From the human T2T-CHM13v2.0 reference genome, Homo sapiens, in the NCBI RefSeq assembly GCF_009914755.1, contig NC_060934.1: DNA of 64,000 nucleotides, one strand, 5' to 3'. The translations under genes were made by a program, and so were the position numbers. Below the pieces are notes generated by a model. It did not search any database. It had not been told where the DNA came from and saw nothing but the letters and a program-made list of their open reading frames with translations. Positions 32,839 through 48,780 of the stretch are shown piece by piece. Position 1 is the stretch's first letter, and each line of letters begins with the position of its first letter.

Positions 32839-33628
32839 ATTGAGTAAAGCAGATTATCTTCTATACTGTGGAAGGCCTCATTCAATAAGTTGAAGGCCAC
32901 AAGAGAAAACAGACTGAAACAGGCTGAGGTTTCCTTGAGGAGGAGGGAATTCTGCCTCTAGACTGTCCTTGAACTTGAGCTGCAGCATCAACTCTACCTT
33001 AGGTCTCCATCCTGCTGACCTTCCCAGCAGATTGTGGATTTGCCATCCCCCACAATCATGTTAGTCAGTTCCTTAAAATCATCACTCTCTCTCTTTCTGG
33101 TTTTCTCTTGAATACACACGTATACGCACACCTCCCCCTCTCTTATCTGGAGAACTCCGCCTTCTACAATTACCAGTGGGATGTGTGCACCTGTTGGGCA
33201 CCGCACAACTCCCCTGACCTTGGAATCAGATTGGACAACATTTCCTATTCCGCTTTGATTTTTCTGCAGTACTGGCATTTTAATCCCAGCAACCTCTGAA
33301 AACCTCATGTTGCAAAAATGACATCAACAAGAAGAATGCTTATGATCTAATGTTGAAACTGTGAACTACCTGAAGTGAATCATTAGCCCAGTGTGTAACA
33401 AGTATTGCTGTGTTTCCCTCAAAAAGTTAAAATATCCCTCAGTGCCTCTGTGAGTTCGCTGTGGCATCCCATCCAGGACACCTGGGTGCACGGTTTGGGA
33501 GCTGCAGGTAGAGTGGCAGCAGTAGTCATGGGAGTGGATGAGTTCAGGTGGAGGGCACAGGAGGTGGAGACAGCAGAGAAGAGCTTCACAGAGAACATCT
33601 AGGAGGGACAGCTGAAGAAGCGCTTTGG

Positions 33629-33907
33629 GGCCGGGCGTGGTGGCTCACGCCTGTAATCCCAACACTTTGGGAGGCCGAGGCGGGCAGATCACCTGAGGTC
33701 AGGAGTTCGAGACCAGTGTGGCCAACATGGCGAAACACCGTCTCTACTAAAAATACAAAAATTAGCTAGGTGTGGTGGTGCATGTCTAATCCCAGCTACT
33801 CAGGAGGCTGAGGCATGAGAATCCCTTGAACCCAGGAGGCAGAGGTTGCAGTGAGCTGAAATCATGCCACTACACTCCAGCCTGGGTGACAGAGCGAGAC
33901 GTTGTCT

Positions 33908-33938
<31 letters not shown>
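33629..33938 (+). mobile_element. Alu (AluS-type)
   Basis: Full dimer with ~30-nt A tail. Confidence 0.95.
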
Positions 33939-33942
<4 letters not shown>

Positions 33943-34117
33943 GGGGATGGCTTTGGAAAGGAGATTCTAAAGGGAGACTAGAGACACAGGGAAAAATTGA
34001 TGTACTGTCTGTGAACAGCAAGGAAAATATGATTACACCTAAGAGATGAAATTGGCATAGGCGAGAAGTCAGAAAAATAATCTATACAGCTTGCATGGTT
34101 GGGGAGTTAGGAGAGGC

Positions 34118-34311
34118 CAAGGCCACGTGCACGTAGAGCAAGAGGTAGAAGAGGCCCGGGGGCTAGAGCGCACCCTGGTGGATAGTGTGAGAATTTCACA
34201 CTGGCTCAAGCCTTGAAGACCACCCCAGGGGTGCGCCTTAGCAACGCACTTATGCAAGACCCCAACAACTGGCCCTTGAAAGGAGCTTTTCACTGGTGGG
34301 GTGTGGCCCTG
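34118..34311. promoter_or_regulatory. CpG-retaining, palindrome-rich candidate regulatory element (CTCF-like, E-box/HRE, T-box-like, RFX-like motifs)
   Basis: CACGTG 34124-29, CACGTA 34130-35, CCACCAGGGTGCGC on minus strand 34168-81, AGTGTGA-N5-TCACACT 34184-202, CCTTAGCAAC. Confidence 0.45.
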
Positions 34312-35295
34312 CTTGTATTCAGAACCATAGTTTTAACAAGCCAGCATTAAATCCACAAGTCTTTGCCAAAGCACTTTAAGCCTCTTGACATTTATTGGAA
34401 TTAATTTACCTGCAAGGAAGTTCATATATCTAGCTTTGTTAACCCTACATTCGGGAAAATGTTTCCATGAGATAACTAAAACCCGCATGAATGATACAAT
34501 ACTGTGACAAAACCCAAAGGTGGCATAATTAGCATATAAAACTCCCAAATTTTTTTTGCAATTACCATCGTCTAGTAACTGGTTGTTTCATTAGGTAAAA
34601 GTGGATGGAATCAGTGGAATTATATGTATGATATGAAATGCTCTTTGGCATCTATTAAATTTTTATTTTGAAGAAAAAATAAAGGACAAGGAAAGCATCC
34701 TATTCCAAGACTCCAAGGAGATTATATTTTTAATTCCACACCACAGAAAATGCAAACAAATTTCTAATTACACTTCATGCATGGAGATCTGTAGAGGAAA
34801 AATAAATTGGTACCCATCCACCCAAAAGCCACAAATCAGACATAGAATGGCTAATCACAAATATAACTTGTGTGCCTGATGCTGATTACTTTCTCCGCAG
34901 TCTGTTGTGAACAATTAAGAATTTAGATCTTGGGCTGGGAGTGCTGTTTTTAAAGTGTGACTCAAAAGCATAAAGTTCATTTAAATTTCTCCTAATCCTG
35001 GTTTGCAATTTCTATTCCTTTTTGGTTAGAGTATTATTTATCTTCAGGAGGCCCCTATTATACTATAAATATTGCCTTGGGGCAGTGTTCATAGCACCAC
35101 AGCACCTATCTATCCATTTATCAGAATAATCAGCACTTCCTGTTGGCTGAGAAAACACTGTCATTTTTACTGTTTAAAAACAGAACAGCTTTCAGTAGCA
35201 ATTGCCATTAATTGATTTCATGGCAGGAAGACGGAAAATTCTCCATTTTTTCATTCTCATAAGTCACCTAAGAACATCTTAAAAGCTACAGAGAG

Positions 35296-36799
<1,504 letters not shown>

Positions 36800-37128
36800 T
36801 AAAAAAGCAAATCTACAGAGGAGTGGGCTCCACCATAGAAATTCAGTTCCAGTTAGTCAGCAGTAGCGGCCTGGGCAGCAGCAATTCTGGTCTAAGGTGC
36901 GGGGTAATCTCTGAAGTAGTTAAACACAAGTGGTGTAACCAATGTGTCAGGATGGGAGAACTGGGCACTGGGAAAGAGAAAGACTAGTGTTGGGAGGAGC
37001 AGGGAAGCACCAGCAAGGAAAAAGACCCTGTACATGAACTTGGCTAAGGAATTGTTTCAGTGATAGAAATACCAGACACTGTAAATGGTTGTGCACATGG
37101 GCCAGAGAGGTCTTTAAATTACATTTGA

Positions 37129-37179
37129 AACATATACACCTACTGTGTACCCATAAAAATTAAAAACTATTTTAAAAAA
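37129..37179 (+). mobile_element. Extremely 5'-truncated L1 (3'-terminal ~50 nt)
   Basis: atatacacctactgtgtacccataaaaattaaaaa = primate L1 3' terminus; TSD taaatt(a/c)catttga at 37115-28 / 37180-93. Confidence 0.8.
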
Positions 37180-37466
37180 TAAATTCCATTTGAGCCACTC
37201 CTTCAAACCACCCAGAGTGGGTAGACGTCTTTCGTGCCTCTAAGAAGCCCCATCTCTATTCTGCGTCTCACCTTGCAGGGCTGCTCATCTGAATCCTGAA
37301 GATGGTGGACACCCATCTGCTAGGACTGAAATGAATAGGACAGAGGGAGGTGCAGAGTGAATGGACCATACTACCTGTCATCTTGGCAACGTGTGATTGA
37401 ATAAAACAACTTCTTTAGAAGTTTGATAGAGTGATTTGATAATGTAATTTACAAGTGATCATTTCT

Positions 37467-37748
37467 TTTTATTTTCATTTTCAGTTGTTTTTTATAGACA
37501 AAGTCTCACTCTACTGGCTACCGGCTAGGCTAGAGTGCAGTGCCACACTCGTAGCTCACTACAGCCTCAAGTTCCTGGGCTCAGCAATCTTCCCACTTCA
37601 GCCTCCTGAGTAGCTGGGACTATAGGCATGAACCACCATGCCCAGCTAATTAAAAAAAAAAATGTTTTTGTAGAGATGAGTCTTGCTATGTTGCCCAGAA
37701 TGGTCTTGAACTCCCGACCTCAAGTGATTCTGTCACCTCAACCTCTCA
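37467..37748 (-). mobile_element. AluJ, 5' end missing
   Basis: Diverged dimer. Confidence 0.88.
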
Positions 37749-38318
37749 GTCTTCTTTTTATTTGTGTACCTGGCTTCAGCCCTTTTGTTTCTTCAAGGGC
37801 CTGGACTTGTTACTCCTGGCCCAGGAGTATGTTGTTAAACACTGGATTAATGGTGTGACCTATGCATCTATTTAATTTATACGTATGTACAGAGAGATTT
37901 TTGCGTGCCGTCAGTGGCTAACCAAATCAGGCAAACCACAGTTCATTTGAGTAAGTCCTCCCATGCCATGAGGCATCCCTGAAAGGGATCCATTCTCCTT
38001 TTCCAGAGAATTTTCTAGGATCAGTAGCAAGGCCTGGTGTCCCTACTCATGCTCTTTATTGAATACAATTCATTTTGAGTGACCTTTACTTCTCAGTAAT
38101 AGTTCTTTATTTGTGAAGCGCAGTTTGCAAACAGCCTAATCGGCTTCTGGCTTCTGGTTACTAGTATTCCACCTGCTTTGTAATGCCATTGTAAAAACCA
38201 GCTGGGTAGGAAGGAAGAAGATATTGATTGAATGTTTTTCACTGGAAGAAAAATTTGTGTAGCAATGAGACTGCCCTAGATTCAAATGGAATTTGAAGAC
38301 AATGCCCATGTTTTCTCT

Positions 38319-38320
<2 letters not shown>

Positions 38321-38356
<36 letters not shown>
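38321..38356. repeat. (GT)18 microsatellite
   Basis: Directly visible. Confidence 0.95.
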
Positions 38357-38359
<3 letters not shown>

Positions 38360-38526
38360 ACTAACTTAGGGTGGTTTTTTTTCGTATTTCTTCTTAGTAC
38401 CTGAGAGTTAATGTATCCTAGTTAATTAATGATAGTATGTTTCTAAAAATCAAAGGAAGAATAATAAGTATAATAAAATGTTATAAAGTTAAGCATAAGA
38501 TCTTAGGCTAAGGAACCACTGTAAAT

Positions 38527-39124
<598 letters not shown>

Positions 39125-41949
39125 CCCACAGCAACAAAGAAACTATGGATAAATTGACCCAGGGTGAGAGTATTAGTAAGGACTCTTGGATTTTTCCCCC
39201 TAGACTATGGCTCATTAGTTATTTTATAGTCCTGCTTTTTCAGGGATCTTTGTATTATATCTTAGACCCTGTTTTGTTTTGTTTAAAAATGTGATGTTAA
39301 TACTTGTCTGTGGGCTGGTCTTGTCAAGTCTTGCAAACTTGTACTGCTGTTGTGCTGATTTCTTGGATAGGAGCCCGAGGTTATCATGTTTCCCTAACAA
39401 TGCTCAATCTTGCCCCTATTCAGCGACTGACTGTTTAGAAAAGCCTGGCCTTCTTGGGTTGCCCATGAACTTGACCCCTTAGATACTGGCAGTGAAGAGC
39501 TTGAGTTAAAAAAGGAGTTGAAAAAAAGTGTAAGCAGGTGACTCTCAAAGTGCCGGTCAGTTGCCACCTTCTCTACTTGAAATAATCCTAGAAACTCTCA
39601 CTTCTACTTCTCAAAGAACAATCCATAGTCACCCAGAAACAAGCACTATATATACACAAAAACTCGGGTTTCTGACTTGTCTTCATTCCTTCAACATGTC
39701 CTTGTTACAAAAGTGTGGGACAGTGATTTGCAAGTTCTTTGACAGTAGTGGTTATACTGGGGATTTTCTTCTATCTTTCAGGTATGGAACTCAGCTCTTT
39801 GATTTCAAGGAGGGAAACTCAAGCAGGCTGCAGCAGTTCAATGCTCTGCAGGCGTCAGTTCCTGGCATTATGGAGAAACTCAGAATTATTAGGGGGAATT
39901 ATGGAAGCAGGATGAAATGAGAAAGAAGGGTGTGTATGGCCCCTGAGCGGGCACCTAAGAGTAAGAGTGAGAAGGTCATCTTGGTTCCAGCCTGTCAACC
40001 CACAGATGAGGTCCAGAGAGAGTATAGAGCTAGCAAGCAAGGTCTCAGATAGTTAAGGCAGCTCTGCCACCAGCACCTTTTCAAATGCCTTTTGCACCAC
40101 CTTCTGAATAGATTGTCTTAAACTTCTCAGACATGACTAATTACAAGTGGCCGGTTGATCCTATAATAACCGATTTGTCTGGTCTGGCTATAAGATTAGA
40201 GAAAATTATGCTCTTAATGCAGAGTGTGGAAAAACAGAATGGTATGTAATGGGGTGGAAGTTTGGCTTTGCATGTGGATCTGTCTGGACATGTATGAAAT
40301 GTACATACATTTCAGAGGGGCAATAAGGGGAAGAAAATAAAGAAATAATTTGCCATTTTCTCTCCTAAGTTCAATTTCAGAATTCAGCAGGAAGCTCCTC
40401 TCTCTAAATGAATACTTCAATGACTTTGTAAGAAAAATTAGATAATTTAGAGAGTTACATTATTTTCATATTTATAATGCTGTGAGTAACACTGAAATGA
40501 GCCCCAGCAAAGGCCTTAAGTTTTAGGTATACCAGTTAACAGGACCTGCCCCGCTAAGGCCTGGTTGGAGTGATGTTTCCATCACTCCAGGACCGTCTAA
40601 AAGAAAGCAACACTATAAAGGCCTTGCATATTTGGGAAAGTAAAAGAACTTTACTTCATTTCCAGTTTTTACTTCGTTGTGTTTTTCATCAAGCTCGTTC
40701 ATTATTACTACGGTATCTCTATTGATACTGTTAGATAAGTTGTAAAAGTTCCCATAGGCTACCATTTTAATCATTGTCTCTCCTAGAATTGTTTATTTCA
40801 TGCAAGATGTTGATATTAACACCTTATAGAAAAAAAAGACTTAAATCATAAAACTTCCATTTGCTTCCTTGTCCCCCTCACCCTGGAAGAATGAAAAAAA
40901 AACTTGCTATTTTTTTTAAAGTCGATGGCAAAATACTTTGGTTTAGCTCATGAAACATAAATATTTGTGGTAGCCTAGTTGGAGAATAAATGACAAAAGC
41001 GCTTTTATAAAATAGCTGTTGTAGTTATATAATTCATTTTTTTCCAGTATGCTTTAACATTTCTTGAATCTAAAGGTGTGAAAGGCATGGTTATCAAAAG
41101 CAAATAGATGTGAATACTGCTGTTATTAAATGTCATGCTTTTCAATTTGTCAGTCATATATTATCTGAAAAATAAAATGGATTTTTCTGTTATTATTTTT
41201 TTCTTTTATTTTCTCAACTGGGCTGTCCACAAAAGGTTTGTGGCATTCTTGTTTTTCCAGTGAAAAATGGAACTTTAATTGCCTTTGGATACTTTCATAA
41301 TTATATAAATTAATACTGACCCCCAAAACCCTTACATATAGGAAAGGTACAACTGGAAATAGGATGGCATTTTAATGATAATTAGGGAAACGAATGATAT
41401 GAAATTACTTATGATTTGTAAATGATGCTTAATAATTTAAGCAGAGAGAGGTGGTAAATTGTTGTCTACATTGAGAGTGTTTTATGCATACCTTTTGGTT
41501 ATGCATAACTTTTGGTTTTCCTTTTGTTTAATTATTGCTTCTTAGTGTTTTCAAAACACAGCACAAAATATTTGAGTATGATTTGTTTTCTGAAAGATAA
41601 GATGTAAAGTGCAAACTCATTAGATTTATATTAGAATGGATGCAAGCTTGCTGCAGTCTTCTAAATTGGTATTGCTTATCCTTTGTTGAGAACTAGTTTG
41701 GGTATGGTCAGTGTTTTGGAAAGCCATTTCATGAGCACTGCCTTCACAAGGTAAGATGCCAAATACAGACGTTTCAGAAATATAAGTTCATTGGGTTACC
41801 ATCACTATGATACCCAGCCCAATTATGTTATCTAAGTGAAATGTTTAAGAATGTCTCCTAAAACATGGCTACCTATTTGACTTTAATGTGTTTTTGCTGT
41901 TTTATTAATTGATGTAAAGTCCCCTATAAGTATAAATTTAAGGGAATTT

Positions 41950-42430
<481 letters not shown>

Positions 42431-42592
42431 TTCTCCAGGCCCGGGATTCTGGGTCTGATGTTCTGGGTCACCTCCTATATGCAGTCATGCTTCACCCTAT
42501 CCCAGAGGCTAAATATTCATGTCATCTCTGTGTCTGACCTTGTAACTCCCTGATTGGGACCCAGGCTGAACTACTCAGCAGTGAAACTCTTA

Positions 42593-43082
42593 TGAAACAC
42601 CAGGGGTTTGGTCTAGGTCCTGCTGCTTACCTAACAGGAAGCCAATCACTGAGACAACAAGTATTGCCGGGGAAGAAAGCTTTATTCAGGTGCTGCAGCC
42701 AAGGAGATGGGAGATCAGTCTCAAATTCATCTCCCTGTCTGACTAAAATTAGGGGGTTATGTAGCAGGGAAGAAATGTAACTATGTGTGAGAAAACAGGA
42801 ATTAGGGAGAGGTAAGGGAGGGGAGTTGGTCAACAGGAAGCAGGGGGTCAATGAGGCATCATCATGGGTGAGGGGTCTGACAATTTATTGTTTAGATGCA
42901 GTGATCTGGTGAGTGTCAGCTTCTTGATGCTAACTGGGAGGCCTGATGGTTTCCTGAGAAAAGAACTCAGATAAGTCAAATGTAACCATCTCAAGTTTTA
43001 AGACTGGGGCGATCAGTTTTTATGTTTTTTTTTTCAAAAGAAACCATAAACATTGGCTCTATGGAACAAGTGAGTCAGTTTA
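42593..43082 (-). mobile_element. Solo ERV1 LTR, MER66-like
   Basis: Minus strand ...ccatagagccaatgtttatggtttctttt...cccagtcttaaaacttgagatggttacatttgacttatctgagttc...aataaagc...TTTCA end. Confidence 0.75.
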
Positions 43083-43489
43083 AAAACAACTTTATTAACA
43101 GAGTTGATGATGTATTTTTTATTTACTAGGAATAAATGATCAATTGATATATTGTTTTCAAATTTTCAGGACTGGGTTCTTTCCTCCTCTCCTTTTTATA
43201 ACCGCAAAATATCCTCACAAACAATGTAATTAATATAAATTTTATCTCATACTTTTTGAGATACATTTACTTTTCTGTTTATAGCTTGTCTTAGTTTGAT
43301 TCTATGCACTGAGCTGAACACCATACCTACTACCATTCTGCTGGAATCCCAGTTTTATTAAGTGAATTTGCAACACATGATATGGAATCACTGTCCTTCA
43401 GCATGTGTCTTCCCAATTTTCATAACTGATGACATAACTTTATAGGGTTCGCCAGTAGCATTGTTATGATTTATACCATATCACATTTG

Positions 43490-43880
43490 TAGTATATTGC
43501 ATAGTATAAACATATGCTGTTTATATACATAGTATATAAGTAGCACATAGCATATACTATATACATAGTATATAAATAGTATAAATATATAGTATATAAA
43601 TAGTATAAATATATACTATGTAATTAGTATATAATTATACTGGAGTGTATATATATACTATAAATATATACATAGTTTATATTTATACATAGTACATAAA
43701 TGGTGTATATACATAGTATATAAATAGTGTACCTAGTATATAAATAGTATAAATATATGCTATTTATATACATAGTATATAAATAGTACAAATATAAATA
43801 AGTTTATAAATATATTTTTTAAACAGAAGTATAAATATGTATACTATATTATACATAGTGTAAATATATACAATATACTT
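43490..43880. repeat. AT-rich degenerate minisatellite (ATAGTATATAAAT / ATAGTATAAAT units)
   Basis: Directly visible. Confidence 0.9.
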
Positions 43881-44099
43881 GCTGCTCAGTGGAAAATAAG
43901 AATTATTTGCTTATACTTAATTAATACAAAATCTTTTCTAGAGTAAAATCATTATAAATTCCCCTTTCTTCAGAGCCAAAGGAGAAAAATAAATTGTCTT
44001 CAAATATAAGTGCATCACTCATTGCATGATCCACCCTTTACAGACCTAAAGGGGCAATGTACGCTCTCCTGGAGTATGTCAATGGGAAGTTGAGCATGA

Positions 44100-44290
44100 A
44101 TAGCCCTGCATTTAGTAAATCAGAAGTTATTTAACTACTCGGAACCTAGATGTTCCTATGTGTTAGATAGGAATGAAAATACCCATCTTTCCAGGTTTAC
44201 TCACATTTAAATATGATCGTGTAATGTACTTAGTACAGTGCCTGGCTGCCTTCTAGTGTCGGCACTCAATAAGGAGTAGTTATCATTGGT
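44100..44290 (+). mobile_element. MIR
   Basis: aagttatttaac...taatgtacttagtacagtgcctggc...gcactcaataa. Confidence 0.7.
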
Positions 44291-44500
44291 TCTTCGTAGA
44301 CTGCCATTGGGAACTTGAGCAGGTTTGGAGAAGTGGCCATTAGCAAAGAAATCATAATGGAAAGAGGCTAGGAATATACACAAAGCCAGCACTGTCTTAT
44401 GGGGTTGCCTAAAATATAGGAAATTATGGAAAATGGAGGCAAGAAAATCTCTATTCTTGACTTAGAACTTGCTTAACTTGTCTAATGCATAATTTACCTA

Positions 44501-44840
<340 letters not shown>

Positions 44841-45144
44841 GAATAGGTAGAAACTTGAAAAGCAAGGCTATGTTACCCTTTGGACATTTTTTGTTTGTTT
44901 GTTTGCCATTTAAGAGGACGTAAAAGGAGATCATTAGACAGAAAGTTTGTAAGTTTTGGAAGTAAAATTTTAGAGCAAAAGGAACCTTTGCAAGCACTTT
45001 TGATATAGATCTGTCATTCCAGAGAATCCATACATAGGCTTCCAGAACATCTAACTAAGCCATAGACCTTGGAGGTATCAGGGGTCTTGCTGCCCTCTTC
45101 TGCCTTATAGAATCAAATAAATTCATAGAGAAACAGTAGGGGCA

Positions 45145-45764
<620 letters not shown>

Positions 45765-46305
45765 CAGTGAGGACATTTTAAAGAAGGAAGCAGAAGAATC
45801 AACTAGACTGATTGCCCTCTCCAAAATTAAATATTGCAAAGGCAGGAGTTGGATAAGCATTTGGTCATGAAAGATGTTAGGATGCCTTAGAATCTTCGAA
45901 GGCTAAAAAGCAGCAGCATTAATGAAGTTGAATGTATGAAAGCAGATTTCAGGTGTTGAAGAGGAAGCAGCTATCAATGCAGAGATTAAATAGACGAAGT
46001 CACAAGAATCTAGCAGTAGTAATTATGACTTAATGAAATTCCAGTTAACGAAGCAATGAGGTAGAGAAGGTAGGAGAAAACCCATCAGGATGAACAAAGC
46101 GTGGCTTGAATAGCTGGGTGGCCAATAAGAATGCTGCAATGAAGCGAAGAGCATGGCAGAGGGCCAAGGAGGAGAAAGGACAAACAGCAGCTTCAAGCCA
46201 GGAAAGCTCAGGCAGGAAATGAGAAGCAAATTTCAAAACACCTCAAGGGAAACATTCTTTAAATACATCTGAAAGAACAGGACAGGGAAATGTCGTTTCT
46301 ATTAG

Positions 46306-46615
<310 letters not shown>

Positions 46616-47514
46616 ACGTGATATCAGTAGTCAGGTTGTCTGTTTTCTTTTCCATGCAAAGCAAAACTTCTTTATTTCAAGAGTCTGGTAATATTTACTG
46701 GAAGTTGGGAGAGTAAGAGAAATGAGGAGAAGAGCTGACAAAAGGCCGTTATAGCAGACTTTAGATTAAAATCTGTAGACACCCATGTCCTGCCTATCAG
46801 GGGTACTGAAATATTTCTTTAGAATGATTGCCTCATGGAACACCCAGCGTAGAGAGAATATAGAACTAGAAAAGGTGCGAGATGTCATTTGTATGTAACA
46901 GGAGGTGAAGAATGGCCTTGAAATGACAAATCTGAAGGCTTTTATGACCTGGAAGAAAATTTGGGATGGGTTGGGGTAGCAGGTGTCATCACAACATCAA
47001 TTTGGAAATGGCTTGTAAGCTGTAAGGTAGCAGGTATTAGCAATGTGGTTTTAAAAAGAGCAACTCCTGTCAGACTAATGCATCCTCTCTCGGTGACAGA
47101 GTAGATGGAGGAAAAGTGAAAGATGTAACCTAGATTGATTTTAGGAGAGTTGCTAATGCGTATCCATAAGTCACACCTGTGGGACCAGAAAGAAATGATT
47201 ACTTTTTGCTGTACAGCTCTTGGAGGGGCTGCCTCATTGGAGCACATGTAAAGTGTGTTTAATTAGGAATTAAATGGTCATAGTGGACTGGGTAAAGAGG
47301 GTCATATTAAGAAATGTTCTAAAGTGATCATTAATAGATCCAGTGCTCATTCAAAATGTTCCATAACCTGCAAGATGGCAGGAAACACAGAAAATGGCCA
47401 GGTCGGTGGCAGGGGTAGGAGGGAAGGAGGAATTTAGGATCAGAGGTTAAAATGATTATGATTATTTAGAGGCTCAGTCAGAAATAATGTAGTAGAAGGT
47501 CACGTGAAAGGTAG

Positions 47515-47839
<325 letters not shown>

Positions 47840-47944
47840 AGGGTACTTACTGTTTTATGGGTAAGGATTATGATGATGAATGGTTGCCTAGAAGGCCTAC
47901 ATGCTGAGTTTATCTGGGAGTGGCATTTATTCCTCAAAGCGTAT

Positions 47945-48063
47945 CTTTTTCATAATTTCAATTTTTATTTGGGATTCAGGGGGTATGTGTGCAGGTTTGT
48001 TGCCTGGGCATATTTCATGATGCCAAGATTTGGGTATGAGATCCCATCACTCAGGTAGTGAGC
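47945..48063 (-). mobile_element. Short L1PA-type 3' end
   Basis: ttcagggggtatgtgtgcaggtttgtt...gatcccatcactcaggtagtgagc; flanks aaagc(a)gtat. Confidence 0.8.
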
Positions 48064-48780
48064 TAAAAGCAGTATAAAATGGGTTTCTTTCTTAGCCCTG
48101 TAAGTTGGTTCTTTCTTGACCAACTACCCTCTAAGGAGAGTTAAGAGAAGATCTTGTAGGTATAAAGCTAAAAATCAATAGGCTGGCCTACAAGGTCAAG
48201 TAACAAAGCACGTTGTTTTAAGCTCAGGGTCTTAGGCTTAGTGGAGCAGGGATCTGGTCTGATCCCTACAAGTAAAAGAATGATTAGAGACATTGAAAAA
48301 GCCATAAAGATGGTTAAAAGGTTGGGGAAAATAAGGCTTCCAGGCCAAACAAAACTTGAATTCAGTGTGGAAAAATGTTGAGAGATAAGTTATTAATGTT
48401 AAGTATGCAAAGAACTCCTAAAAGCACATGGATGTCAGCTGTTCTATATTTCTTTTGCTGACCAACTAAGAGGGCAAATTCTTAACTGAATGAAGCATTT
48501 GCCCTACATCAACTTGGAATAGATTTAAAAGAAGAGAGTATGACTATTACTAAACATGGAGATAAGTTAGTGGGGGAGGGTATGTGTCTCCTTCTAAGAG
48601 ATCTTTAAAATTATGAGCAATTGTGGCTGGAGGATACATACATGTTATACATTTATAAAATATTTGAGTTTGGACTCAAAGTAGAAAATGAAGATGAGCC
48701 CTTTTGTCTCTTTCAACTATGCATCAAGATTAGTATTAGTTTTGGATGACTTAGTCTATTGCAAGAAAGTTTTCACTAGG

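Larger units (their letters stand above)
32431..33160 (+). mobile_element. MLT2 (ERVL) solo LTR
   Basis: gtgatggctggttttatg...tagatgagattaacatttaaat...tgagtaaagcagatt...gagggaattctgcctc...cagttccttaaaat. Confidence 0.85.
32240..33510. mobile_element. hAT-Charlie-like relic split by an MLT2 LTR
   Basis: Pieces at ~32240-32430 and ~33180-33510, ending ...gcacggtttgggagctgcag; family assignment tentative. Confidence 0.45.

Noticed and set aside
39561-39920. 119-aa non-repeat ORF
   Set aside because: Non-ATG start, no recognisable family; kept only as a splice-signal observation
43490-43880. Repeat-spacer-like periodicity suggestive of a CRISPR array
   Set aside because: Low-complexity TA-rich units without unique spacers, in eukaryotic DNA
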